The notes beneath the pieces were generated by a model that was not told the origin of the DNA, searched no databases, and saw only the letters and a list, made by a program, of their open reading frames with translations. From the human T2T-CHM13v2.0 reference genome, Homo sapiens: DNA of 64,000 bases. A program made the position numbers and the translations under genes. The stretch is from NCBI RefSeq assembly GCF_009914755.1, contig NC_060928.1, one strand, 5' to 3'. Below, piece after piece: positions 17,858 to 32,152 of this stretch. How positions within the stretch are numbered: position 1 is the stretch's first letter; the number at the start of each line of letters is the position of its first letter.

Positions 17858-18458
17858 TGATATGGCTCCAATGATTGGAGTAACACCAGGTTCCTTTGTC
17901 TTGTGCCAAGAAAATTATCAGCATGGACTTATGTGGAGTGGTTTTAGGGAGGGAAAATTGAATAAACAAAAAAGAAGAGAGCTGTCCCATACAGAGGGAG
18001 GAGAGCTCCAACTGGGAAATATCTCTTGCAGTGGAAAACAGTCAATTATATTGGGGGGCTGGAGGAGGTGATGTCTGATTTGCATAAGGCCCAGGGGATT
18101 GGTTTAACCAGATGTGTCATTCACATAGCCCATGAAAAAACTGGCCCTCCCACCCTAGCATTTTAATATGCAAATGCAGATCACCGTGATGTCCTGCACA
18201 TGTAGCCTTATCTGGAGGCTGCCCTGACACCTGGCACACGTGGTGACAGGGAGAAGAGGGCGGGAACCACTATATTGGGTGGACCTGGCTTCTAGCCTCT
18301 AGCATTTGCATATCAATGCCTGCTGGTCTAGTTTTTCAAGCCGCTTTCTGTTAGAAAAGAAATGGTTGGGGGTCGCTTTTTATAAATGGAAGATTCCACC
18401 AAGAACTTTCACCCTTTCTAGCTGTCTAAAAAAACATTTCTTAACAATTCCTGTATTA
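17858..18458 (-). mobile_element. 5' LTR (LTR9B-like)
   Basis: Minus strand TAATACAGG...GCCATATCA, 601 bp; contains CATTGATATGCAAAT and a second octamer. Confidence 0.88.
18304..18318 (-). promoter_or_regulatory. SOX-OCT composite motif (also 11823-11837 and 19602-19616)
   Basis: CATTGATATGCAAAT, one mismatch to CATTGTTATGCAAAT, identical in all three LTR copies. Confidence 0.7.
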
Positions 18459-19850
18459 ATTCTATGTAGTCTGAATCTAGAATCTGTGTTTTTCACCACT
18501 ATACTATATTGCATTATATTATACCACCCCAGAGTGGAAGGAACCAAGCATCATGAGATATCTGGAATTAAGATTATTATTTTCATAGGACTGATAAAAA
18601 CTGGCAGCCACTTGAGAAGCTTTATATAAACTGCATAACATAAACAAGCTCACATATGATGAATAGAAGCTATAGAAGCTACATGTTTGTCTATATTATA
18701 AAAACCTGTAGTCCTCCCACATTTAGGCATCGAAAAGAAAGACCATACTGTGATACTACTAGACTATAAGATGAAGCTTTTCCACACTTCACCAAACAGA
18801 TTGTGATCTAAGGAATTAAAGTTAGGATGGACTATCTCATAGTTCCACCTTATGATTTACTCTTCATATTGTTTCTTCCACTTTCTGTAAGCCTAGACTG
18901 ATTCAGATATTTTAGGACCTAAGAAAACAATGTTTCCTCTAAGGTTCCATTCAATGGAAAAGAGCCCAACCTAAAAAGGAATACAATTATTACCTAATAA
19001 TTTTTGGCCTGGCATTTTATTAGCCAAACTGGAAAAAGGAGACTTCATAGTGTGAGGTGATTCATACTAAATATTTAGGGGAAATATTGTTAGTTCTATA
19101 AAAATAGGGACAAGAAAGCATATGAATCAAACCAAGGACAACTAATGATGTGTGGTTTTCTAATACCACCGTATCTAGCAATACAATTAATAGATTGCTA
19201 ATTTAACCATGTATAGGAAGTACAGTACCCCACTAAGAACTCAAGGTTCCTTAGAAGGAAAAACAGAATTACAGGCATAATTCAGAGTAGCTGAAACATT
19301 GACTACAAACTCTACCCAAAGAAATTATTTCTTAATAACTCCTTTATTAATTCTCTGTTGTCTGAATCTAGAATCTGTGTTTTTCACCAGTACACTATAT
19401 TACATTATGTTATATCACCCCAGAGTGGTAGCAACCAAGTGTCATGAGATATCTGGGTCTCATGATGCAAATGAAGGTAGCCATGATGTCTTGTACATGT
19501 GGCCTTATCTGGAGGCTGCCATGACACCTGGCACACGTGGTAATGAGGAGAAGACAGCTGGAACCACCATAGTGGGTGGACCTAGCTTCTAGCAACCTGG
19601 CATTTGCATATCAATGACTGTCTGTCTGGTTTTTCAAGCTGCTTTCTGTTAGAAGAGAAATAACTTCAAGTTCTTGAAGAAATTAAATCTAATTTAAATA
19701 AATCTGAAACTAGGACACAAGATACGGATAGTAAAAAATAAAAATTATAAGTACCACCAATGGCTACAAACCAGTTCTAAAAATGAGAATGCTAATATCT
19801 ACTAATGTTCTCATTCTTTTTTTGTGTCATATATATTTGCATATTTTAAC
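18459..19850 (+). mobile_element. Ancient ERVL internal remnant (HERV16/ERVL-int-like), interrupted at 19312-19661
   Basis: Degenerate resemblance to ERVL-int 3' region (TTATAAGTACCACCAATGGCTACAAACCAGTT); lies downstream of the LTR16-like LTR. Confidence 0.4.
19312..19661 (+). repeat. Permuted local duplicate of the LTR9B/host junction
   Basis: 19312-19456 matches 18423-18565; 19465-19661 matches 18168-18363. Confidence 0.92.
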
Positions 19851-21454
19851 AATTATTTTTATGATCCCTCCCTTTTCATGTATGTACACATACACATACA
19901 CACCTACTATATATAGATATAGATATAGATATTTTTGATGACCTGCAAATTTAGTCCAATAAATTAAAAAATAGTCCTAAATTATAGAGGTTATCACTCA
20001 GAAATTTTGCATGTTCAGTTGGAGTTGATAATATATGATTTAGGGGAGGAATTTGGTGTACATTAGTTTTAAGAATTATGGCTGCATTTTCTCTGGCAAA
20101 ATTGTTTTTTAAGTGTAAGTAAATAAGTAGGGTATAAAAGAAGTTTGACAATGAAAGAAAACAGTTTAATTAGAAGCTGTACTTTTGGTGTTATTTCATT
20201 TGGACACAAAGTTTCTCTCAGTGTGAACCTGAAGGGGGCAGTTACTCGCTCTTCTCACACCCAGGCAGTAGGACATAGCTACCTGATATAGACTTAGCCG
20301 ATTAGAATGTCCACTCAGAATTTCTAATGTAAAGGAAGCGTTGCAAAAGGAAGAACACAAAACATTACAGTGTTAAGTGATGGCAGCAGAGTATCAGAGT
20401 GTACAGTGCCAAGTAGAAGCAGCAGTATAAAGTAGCAGTTGTAGCCATTGATATCCATTGATAATGCCAATAGCAATATCTTAACCATCTCAGTGAGAAA
20501 TTTGTATTTCACTCCAAATCTCTGGGAAAATATTTGGGCAGTATGAGTCAGGTGATAATGCAATGTAACATTTTGAAACCTCATTTTAGCCACCAAGTAG
20601 TGAACAGACTGTTGAGCATCCAGAATGGAGACAAGGATAGACATCAGTCATTTCTAATCCAGATGGATTAAAGTTGGTAGCAATTTATTAAGACATGCAT
20701 AGTAATTACCCCAGGTAATTCTGGAGGAGTTAACAGAAAAATAAACTTTATAAATTTTCTAAGCTTTAAAAAAATTGTTTATTGTTAGTAGTGATGGGAT
20801 GTAAAGTATGAATATAAATGCTGCCTATTTCATAATATAAAAGGTGTGTTTAGGTCCATATATGATATGAACTAATTCGCTAGCACATGTTAATTACATG
20901 CTAAATATGTGCCAGTGACTGTACTAAAATTTGAATATTTGAGGTAAGCAATATATGCTTAATAAACCACAAATTACTAGCACAAAGTAATTCACAATGC
21001 CAGCACTATATATCACACTACATTCCTTTTGATAACATTGTATCTATGCAAAGCTGGAATTTTTGCAGTCGAGAAGAAAAAATAATTGTAGAAAAGAAAA
21101 TTGAAGTACACCCAATTTCTTTGATTAATTCTTTTCTCAACTTTTATACTTTGAAAGTCTTTTTTATTTTGGTTGGTTCTTAACTATTTTAATAAAATCT
21201 GACAATCTGTCTTATAATAAGTGAGTTTGATCTTATAATAGGTGAGTTTGATATTTCTCATAAGAATGAAAATAATAAACATTTTCTCTCAACTAATTTT
21301 TTTTTGTTTTCACTGAATTTTTTATTTTTATTACCCTTTTGCAAAATTGCTGATTTTTTTCATTGCTCTGTTTTAGAAATTATGGGCTCTATTTCTATTC
21401 TTTGTGGTTTTCTTATATAACTTTACAGCACCTATATTCATTTAAATTTTGTCA

Positions 21455-21875
21455 AATAAAACTACGCCCCCAAACTTGATGGTTTAAAACATTGATTGCA
21501 TTTTCTCACTATCATAAAGGTCAGCAATTTGAGCAGCTGTCCTCTATAGAGTATTACATGTAAATTCAGTCATACAGTCAATTGGCTGAGGGCTAGTTTA
21601 GTGGTTGCCTCACCTAAGAGGGTTTATTTCTACTCCAGATAATCTTCTCCTTTAGTAGGCTGGCCCAGTGTTCATTACTTGATGGAAAAACAGTTCCTAG
21701 AAGTCAGAGAAGGACACCTTAATTAACATTAAAAAAAAAATTCTGCTTCAACATTGAGTAAACAAATAAAATGCTCATGGCCAGAGCCAATGTAACAGAA
21801 AACTACACATAACTGTGGATACAAGGAGGTACAAGTCATTGGAAGACGGGAAGATTTTACTTGTAACTATGATGA
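21455..21875 (-). mobile_element. MLT1-type MaLR LTR
   Basis: CCCCAAACTTGATGGTTTAAAACA...GGTCAGCAATTTGAGCAG...CTCATGGCCAGAGCC resembles reverse MLT1. Confidence 0.55.
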
Positions 21876-21949
21876 CATATTCGTTGTAATCACTCTTAGG
21901 AATACTTTAACTACATTCCTCCTTTTTCTAAATTACTATCTTCTGAGAT

Positions 21950-22447
21950 TGTAATGATTAATTTTATATGTCAACTTGACTGGGCGACAGGAGACTCAGA
22001 TATCTCCTTAAATATTATTTTTGGATGTGATGTGTCTGTGAAGATGTTTCCAGAAGAAATTAGCATTTGAACTAGCAAGTGGAGTAAAAAAGTCACCCTC
22101 ACCATGCCAGTGAGTATTGTCCAACCCACTGAGGGCCTGAATAGAAGAAAAAAGCTGAGAAAGGTTGGATTCACCTCTCCTCTGCATGACTGTTAGAGGT
22201 AGAACATTGATCTCTTCCCCTTGCTCTTCCTGGTTCTCAGGCCCTCAAACTTGGACTGGAATTCACATCATGGGCTCTGTAGCTCTCTGGGCTTTAAACC
22301 ACACCACCAGCTTTCCTGGGTCTTTAGCTCAAGGTGGCAGATCATGAGACTTTTCAGCATCCAAATTCATGTGAACCAATACCTTATTATATGTATATAC
22401 ATATACTCTATTGATTTTGTTTATCTGAAGAACCTTGATAAGATAGA
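21950..22447 (+). mobile_element. MLT2 (HERV-L) solo LTR
   Basis: Starts TGTAATGATTAATTTTATATGTCAACTTGACTGGGC; ends TTGTTTATCTGAAGAACCTTGA. Confidence 0.88.
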
Positions 22448-22898
22448 GGTCCACTATTTTAATTTTGAATCTTCACCTCCAAACTAGGCATTATTATTAT
22501 ATTTGTCATTGTTATTCTTGTTGTTACTTTATGTAGCCCATAAATGCTTTGATTGACTTATACCTCAATAATTCCTTTACTCATATTCTTATTAGAACTT
22601 CAATACTTCTTGCAGGAGTGCATTTTCATAAGATTCTGCAATACTGTCTCTTTTAGAAAGGTATTTTAGGTTTTGTTTGTTTCCCTGTTTAAATCTGAAA
22701 ATGTTTATAATATGTTTTCATTTTTGAAAGATAATTTTTGGCTACAAAATGTAAAGTTAGTATTCATTTTCTTCTAATGTTTTGAGAATATTATTCCACT
22801 GACATCTAATTTTAAACTAATTGTTCTTTCATAAATGATGTGCATTTTCCCTCATATTGATTTTAAGATCATCTTTTTGACTTTGGTGCTCTAAAGTC

Positions 22899-23352
22899 AA
22901 AGAAATGAAAGTAAAATAGTCACTTGTATGCTTTTAAAGAGAACATTTGGTTATTTGATTAATGATCATTTGGCTAATGGTCATTTTGTAATATAAAGCA
23001 AGTTTTTTTAAAAAAAGATGAAAATCTATATTTAGTTTTTTATAATATTGACTCAAGTCAAATATCTTGACTTACCCTCAAGACTTTGTATAAATTTTAA
23101 CAATCAAAGCTGACCCTGAGTATGATCCTGTCATTCACTTCAAAGAAACATTGCAGTGAAAACCAAGAAAACTAATGAGAAAGAGAAAGAAAACAATATT
23201 ATATTACATATACATGCCAAATGCTAAATCCATTGTCAATTTGTTCATCTTCATGAAGCATGTATTCTTATATGACAGATATGGCTGAGATATGCTTTTT
23301 CTCAAATTGAGTTTAAATACTCTTTAAAAGACAAAATGCAATAAAAATACTA
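22899..23352 (+). repeat. ~450-bp local duplicate of 35232-35683, inside a minus-strand L1ME-like fragment
   Basis: Co-linear match, e.g. ACCCTGAGTATGATCCTGTCATTCACTTCAAAGAAACATTGCA identical in both copies. Confidence 0.92.
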
Positions 23353-23556
23353 TGTGACTATCTGTTGATTTGTTTGTATATATTTTTCTCTGCATTTATT
23401 GTGCTTCCTATATATATGATATTTGATGAGTTTGGCATAATTTACAGAACTATTTCTTTGAATATTCTTGCTCCTTCATCTCTATGTTCTCTTGTCCAGA
23501 GTATTTATTTGGAAATATGTGTTAGATGTAGGACGTTTTCATCCTATTTTCCATAT

Positions 23557-24327
23557 TGTTACGGGCGAATCTTTGTTCTTAGAGCTCCCAAGATGGTCGT
23601 GGGCCACTCCCAAGATGGCAGCAAGCCTTTTGTTTTCTGACCTGGGGCTTTTGGCCTCAGGGATTACAAGGAATGGAACCTTGGAACTTCGGGGCATGCA
23701 ATGAGTGTTATAGCTCTATTAGAAGCTGTGGGTCATGGAAGAGGACCGTGGAACCCAGCAAATAGTGTTCAGCTCCATTAGGATGAACCCGGGCACTTAG
23801 CCATGCAGGAACAATGGCGAGCCTCTAGCCTGATTGGCAGTGGGAATGGGCCCCTCCCTGTATCAGAAGTGCAGTGGACACCCTGCTGGATCCAGAGGGG
23901 TGGTAGTCAGTGGCAGTCTGCGACAGTGGCGATCAGCAGTGGTGGACGACGAGTGAAAGCTCAGCTCCAGCCGGCACAAACATGGACCAGAAGAGTGTGA
24001 ATTTGCAACATTTAGTAGAGTGAAAATAGAGCTCCCATAAAACTCGAGGGGACCCATAGGGGGTTGCCACCACCAGCTGGAATGCCTGGGTTTATATATT
24101 CCGATCATTGTCCCTCCCCCTGTGCTCTCAGGTGATAGATGATTGACTATTTCTTTACCTCCTGCTTTTAGCCTAATTGGTATTTTAGTGAGCTTTCTCT
24201 ACTACCTGATTGGTCAGGTGTGAGCTGAGTTACAAGCCCCATGCTTAAAGGTGGATGCAGTCACCTTCCCCAGCTTGGCTTAGGAATTCTTAGTAGGCCT
24301 AGGAAATCCAGCTAGTCCTATCTCTCA
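23557..24327 (-). mobile_element. LTR17 (HERV-W) solo LTR
   Basis: Minus strand TGAGAGATAGGACTAGCTGGATTTCCTAGGCC...GTAACA; 4-bp TSD ATAT (23553-23556, 24328-24331). Confidence 0.95.
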
Positions 24328-25130
24328 ATATTGTGTTACATCTATTTTTTTATTTTCTATATCCTTGATGCATCTTTATGATGTATAATGTCTTTAGATT
24401 ACTTTAATTTGCAAATTTTTTTCAATAACCATTTCTAATATTTTAACAATGTCACTAAATTAATGTTAGAAGAACTTTATTTCTAAAAATTGTTTGTTTT
24501 AAATCTGATAATTATAGTAATGTATTATTACTCAGTATATAATTTTTATAATAACATTATATTTTAAATCTGATAAATAATATATATAAAGCCTCTAGGA
24601 GTCAATATTCACTGTTGGTTGTTTCTGATTATTTGTATTCGTAGTTATATTTTTGTTCAGGTGGGCCTGGAAATTTTATATTTAAGCTCATATTCTTTAT
24701 AACTAATCTAAGTAAATATAATATGATTCTTAAAGTATTGAATGAGGAGTCCATTTCTCTACGGAGGCAGGAAAATAAGAGTCTGGAGGCAGAGAGTATA
24801 AAGCTGATTAACACTTCAGTTATAACAGGAAATATCCTCTCCATAGGGCATACACCATAAATGACTTTGCAACCTTACTTCATCCTCTTCATTTACATAG
24901 GGTGTACCTGAAGTAACCAATGGAATACTCTAGGGGGTAATTAAACTCCCAAAAATTCTGTAACAGGACCTTTGAGCCGCTATGCTCGGTTCCACACCCA
25001 CACTGTTGAGTGTACTTTCATTTCATAGTCAACAAATCACTTCATCCCTTCTTTGCTTTGTTTTTGTGTTTTGTCCAATTCTTTGTTCAGGACAGCAAGA
25101 ACCTGGACACCCTCCACCATTAACATATTT

Positions 25131-25148
25131 TGGTGAATCAGCCAGGAG
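25131..25148 (+). promoter_or_regulatory. Primer binding site, tRNA-Arg-like
   Basis: TGGTGAATCAGCCAGGAG vs tRNA-Arg(ACG) complement TGGCGAGCCAGCCAGGAG (15/18). Confidence 0.7.
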
Positions 25149-26362
25149 GAAGAGGTAAGCCCAAAGTTTGGGATTTATTCTTCTCCTTTCCTATTTTTCT
25201 TTCTGCTCCATGCAGGGGAATCTTTTTCTCTCTCTTTCTCTTTTTGTTCCAGGACCCTTCATGGGCAGTGCCTAAACATGGAAGCACCTGCAGGTTTCTG
25301 GCCGTGGCCAGTGAAACTAAGGGATTTCAATGTGGAGAAGCCCGACTGCCACCATCCAGTTCACTTAAGGAACCTGGGTCTTTTTGATGGTCTTTTCTTT
25401 TCTTTTCTTTTCTTTTTTTCTTTCAGCCTTTCAGCAGTTGCTTTCTAGTAGCTTCGTGGAAATTGAGGGCAACTGGCTTAGGCCTAGGGATGAATGGGAA
25501 TAATTGCCATGCCCCAAAGCAGGGAGGACTTTTTTTTTTAATCTTTTCCATTCATGGTCCCTGATCAGTATGTGTGGGTCATCTCGGAGCAAACTTGCAC
25601 GTTTCAGGCAACTTAAACTTTTCATGTGCTAAATTCTTCCCTCATGATACTCAACTCGCTAAGGAACAAAAAGGCCCACTTGGCATCCAGTTCACATTAC
25701 AATTCATGGCTATTCATATAAAGCTCATAGAATGCTCTGGAGGATAAAACCTGCATGTGGCACCCCCTAAGGCCAGAGATGTCTGGATTGGACCCCACAG
25801 GAGGATGTTCCGTGGGTTCTGTGAACCGCAACCACTCCAAAGAGGATGCTCTTGGCAGAGGTTCTGAGGTTCTGAGATCTTAGGCCTCCTTAGTATCTTC
25901 TCTCACAGTTGCAATGCTTTTTGGCCCCAACATTGCTTGGAATCTGGAGTTTTCTGTCTATTGGGAAAGTAGAATGATGTTGCATATATACAGGCTTTTG
26001 TGCTGTGGTTGTAAACAAGGGGCCTGGTTAAAGTGTGGTGCTCTCTCTTGGTACAGTTTGGCACCAGTGCTCTTCGGAGTCTGGGGAGGTTTTTCCTTTA
26101 AGAGTCAAACCTCCATGGAGACTGCTTTACCCAAAATTTTGGTTCAGAGACTTCATTGGGTTATCTATTGGGGCAAAGTAAAACCAGCAAGCTTGTAGTG
26201 CTATCTCATGGCTAAGGTTCCAAGCTAGTGGACCTTTGTTTATGTGTGTGTATACACGTTTAGATGTGCTTATTTGTATGTACACTTATCGCTATATGCT
26301 GTTGTCTACTAAATTGCCTTATAAGTAAAAGAGTGCTCATAAATTAAGTAAATAAATCTAAC

Positions 26363-26822
26363 TGTAGCAGGACAAGCTGCAGACCAAACTCCTCAGACAC
26401 CAAGTTAAAGAAGGAAGGGGTTTATTCGGTTGGGGGCATTGGCAAGACTCCTGTCTCAAGAGCCAAGCTCTCTGAGTGAGCAATTCCTGTCCCTTTTAAG
26501 AGCTCACAACTCTAAGGGGTGCATGTGAGAGGGTCGTGATTGATTGAGTAAGCAGGGGTACATGACTGGGGGCTGCATTAACTGGTAATTAGATCAGAAC
26601 AAAACAGGATAGGGATTTTCACAGAGCTTTCCTATACAATGTCTGTAATCTATAGATAATATAACCAATTAGGTCAGGGGTCGATCTTTAACTACCAGGC
26701 CCAGGGGGTGGCGCCGGGCTGTCTGCTTGTGGATTTCATTTCTGCCTTTTAGTTTTTACTTTTTCTTTCTTTGGAGGCAGAAATTGGACATAAGACAATA
26801 TGAGGGGTGGTCTCCTCCCTTA
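26363..26822 (-). mobile_element. LTR2 (HERV-E) solo LTR
   Basis: Minus strand TAAGGGAGGAGACCACCCCTCATATTGTCTTATG...GCTACA; TSD TAAC. Confidence 0.95.
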
Positions 26823-28458
26823 TAACCAATTTTCAAGTTCATGTGACTTAAAGTATAACATTACTAAACAAGCTAGCTTTAAAATTCTTGGTGGAACAAA
26901 AATAGAAATGCCTTTGTAATTGTCACCATACATTTTGTCTGAATTTTATGTTTGTCTTTGCTAGATATTTTAAGATGTCAGTGTTAATTCAAGCTGGCAG
27001 CTGCTTGGGGCGAGCCTGCCTTCCATTCTATTCAAATTCTCACTGAGATAAATGCATATCTGATTGCTTCCTTTGGAAAGGCTAATCAGAAACTCAAAAG
27101 AATGTAACCACTTGTTTCCCACCTGTGATCTGAAAGCCCCCAGGCCTCCTCGTCTCAAGTTGTCCTGCCTTTCCAGGCCAAACCTGTGTTCATTTTACAT
27201 ATGTTGATTGATGTCTCATGTCTCCCTTGTTAAAAGTAAAAAAAATGAAGTTCAGAGAATGGGATAAGTGTTTTAGGTAAAATTTTTGTGTAAATTAAAA
27301 TCTTAAAGTTATTTTCAAAGCTCATTTGATATCTGGGACATTTCCAATTAAGAAAGGGTTGTAATGTGGAGAAATATGTTTCTAAAATTGTGGAATTGTT
27401 CTTATCTATAAATGCTCATTTCTAATAGTTTAGGATTTCTTGTATTTTAGGGTTTCACTAAGGTTTTAGGTTACTAACAATAAAATTTTAGTTAACAAAT
27501 AATTCTGTATACAAAATGTGTCAGAAAGAATTATTAGTGGAAAGAAGTAGAATCATTTTGTCTAATTCAGAAGTTATCTAAAAGTTAGTTCAAATAAATT
27601 TGAAAAGGATATTTATGAAACAATGTAGTAAGGAATCATTACATAGGCAAGAAAGATGTGGAAAAAGTTTAGATAAAAAAATTCTCTAAAGCCTGACAAA
27701 CAACTGGAGACATTTGGCTAATTAACATTTTCATAGTTAAGGCTCTTAGTCTTGATTAAATTAAGAAGTATTGTAAAAATGCACTGACAGTTTGGCAATT
27801 CTTTTTTTTATATAGTTAAGCATGAAGTTGGATTTAGAATGAGCCAAATTTCACATACATGCTTGCATAGCTTCACACTATGTTTATCGTTTGGTTTAGA
27901 TAGTGCTGGAATACTTATTGGTCATGTTCCTGAAGTGAATTTCTTAATTGCACAGGATGAATAATAATATTAGTTACCTTAAAGATATTGAATTCTGTAT
28001 CATGAATAAAATATTTATTATGTGGGTTTTCTGGGGCCCTAGGTAACAACGTAGCTTTCAGGGTAAATTGAGTAGGAAAATTTAGGGTTGGTTTTTGGTC
28101 TATTTGTGTTTGCTTCTAGTTTTCATTTGTTTGCTGTTTATTCTCATCTGGCTTTGGCTGTGTGTCTCTCTACATAAAACCATGATGCTTTTTAGTTTCT
28201 AGTGGAAGGCTTTTATTTGATTTTGTGAATGACTATTTTGCTTCCTTTTCTGGCAAGTCATCATTTGTTCCATTTCTCTGGAATTCCTAAGCTACCTTTG
28301 TCGGGCCACAGGAATTAATGGAGAATTAATTAATTCCAGAGAAATGGAATTCCTAATCTACCTTTGTCAGGCCACAAGAATTAATGGAGCACATCAGCTT
28401 TTTATTCTTATAAACTAACTTTTTGGATTTTAAGCTTTCTAATACTTTAAGTGTGTAA

Positions 28459-28844
28459 TGTCAGCCCTCTGAGCCCAAGCTAAGCCATCATATCCCCTGT
28501 GACCTGCACATATATATCCAGATGCCTGAAATAACTGAAGAATCACAAAAGAAGTGAAAATGCCTGTTCCTGCCTTACCTGATGACATTGCCTTGTGAAA
28601 TTCCTTCTCCTGGCTCAGAAGCTCCCCCACTGAGCACCTTGTGAACCCCACCCCAGCCCACCAGAGAACTACCCCCTTTGACTGTAATTTTCCATTAACT
28701 ACCCAAATCTATAAAACAGCCCCACCCCTATCTCCCTTCGCTGACTCTTTTCCGACTCAGCCCCGCTGTATCCAGGTGAAATAAACAGCCCTGTTGCTAA
28801 CACAAAGCCTGTTTGGTGGTCTCTTTACACGGACATGTGTGACA
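28459..28844 (+). mobile_element. LTR7-family (HERV-H) solo LTR, short form
   Basis: TGTCAGCCCTCTGAGCCCAAGC...GTGTGACA; 5-bp TSD TGTAA; single U3 repeat unit. Confidence 0.95.
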
Positions 28845-29903
28845 TGTAAAGTATACTTTCATTAATATAATTTGAGTCATATTTCTCTCTCTGCCTAATT
28901 TCTCCAAAATTTGTAAAGTATTTGTGAATATTCTTAATTCATGGCAATATGTTTGTTTGCATATGGTCAAGCAGGGTTGCTAGGGCTGTTCAAGGAGACA
29001 GAACCCAGAAACCTGGCATGCTGGCAAAAGGGTAAGAATTTCTTACCAGTCAGTCTCTGGCCTCTTTCTCTGTGCAAACTGGTTAAAAATAAAGTGAAAG
29101 TCAGTGTGTATCTGCTTTGTAAAGTTTTAGCTAATTAGTTTAATAATAATAAGTGCTTAATTCAAATATTTTGTCAGGAAAGTAGAAATTGTAATGCCTT
29201 TTAATTCTTGTAACTTTAGCAATCTTTGAGAAATAAAGACGGTTTTAAAGATTATTGGTAAAATACAATTGTCTTCAAACTGTAAACGTGTGTTCTAAAT
29301 TTTGTTCAAATATTAGGTTTGCTAAATGCTTTCAGGTCATGAACTGCTTTGGCTTTTGAAAATTGTTTAACTTGCCTGCATTCTAGTTAGGTAAGGCCTG
29401 GGGACATGTGGAGTTAGCCATGCCCTTGTTATGCTGGAAACAGTCTAACCTGATCAGAATATAACTTACCAAGATTTACATTCTTGTTAAACTTGCCAAG
29501 AGTCACCACTGGAACATTCAATGAAGACTACTAGAAAGAGTGTTACATGCAAGGTGTGTAAAAATAGTAGTTTTTTTGTTTGTTTTGTTTTTGTTTTTTC
29601 TGTAAAAGGTTATAATGGGTTTTTACTTCTTTACAATTTCTGAGTCATCATTTTGGCCAAATAAATAATTATGGTAATCTGGAATTCCAAAACCAAACTT
29701 CAGTTTCAAAATTGTCTTTCCTAATGCCTAGCTTTCTTGATGGATTAGAGGGCCCCTGAAAACATTCAGAAAAGAGGTAAACAGAATTATTTGACATGTT
29801 TATCTACATGGGATTGCCAAAATGATATTCAATCTTCTTTAGGTTCTATTTTTGTGAATAATACTAATATATATTCCAAAATTGTATGAGATTTCTAACA
29901 TTC

Positions 29904-32152
<2,249 letters not shown>

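Larger units (their letters stand above)
11620..18458 (-). mobile_element. ERV1 provirus, LTR9B / HUERS-P3b-like, defective
   Basis: Homologous LTRs at 17858-18458 (complete) and 11620-11968 (truncated); PBS 17836-17853; PPT at about 11969-11983; gag and RNaseH-IN remnants in retroviral order; RT domain absent. Confidence 0.9.

Noticed and set aside
24840-24915. Possible p53 response elements in the MER61-like LTR
   Set aside because: GGGCATACAC and GGGTGTACCT lack the CWWG core; not a canonical site
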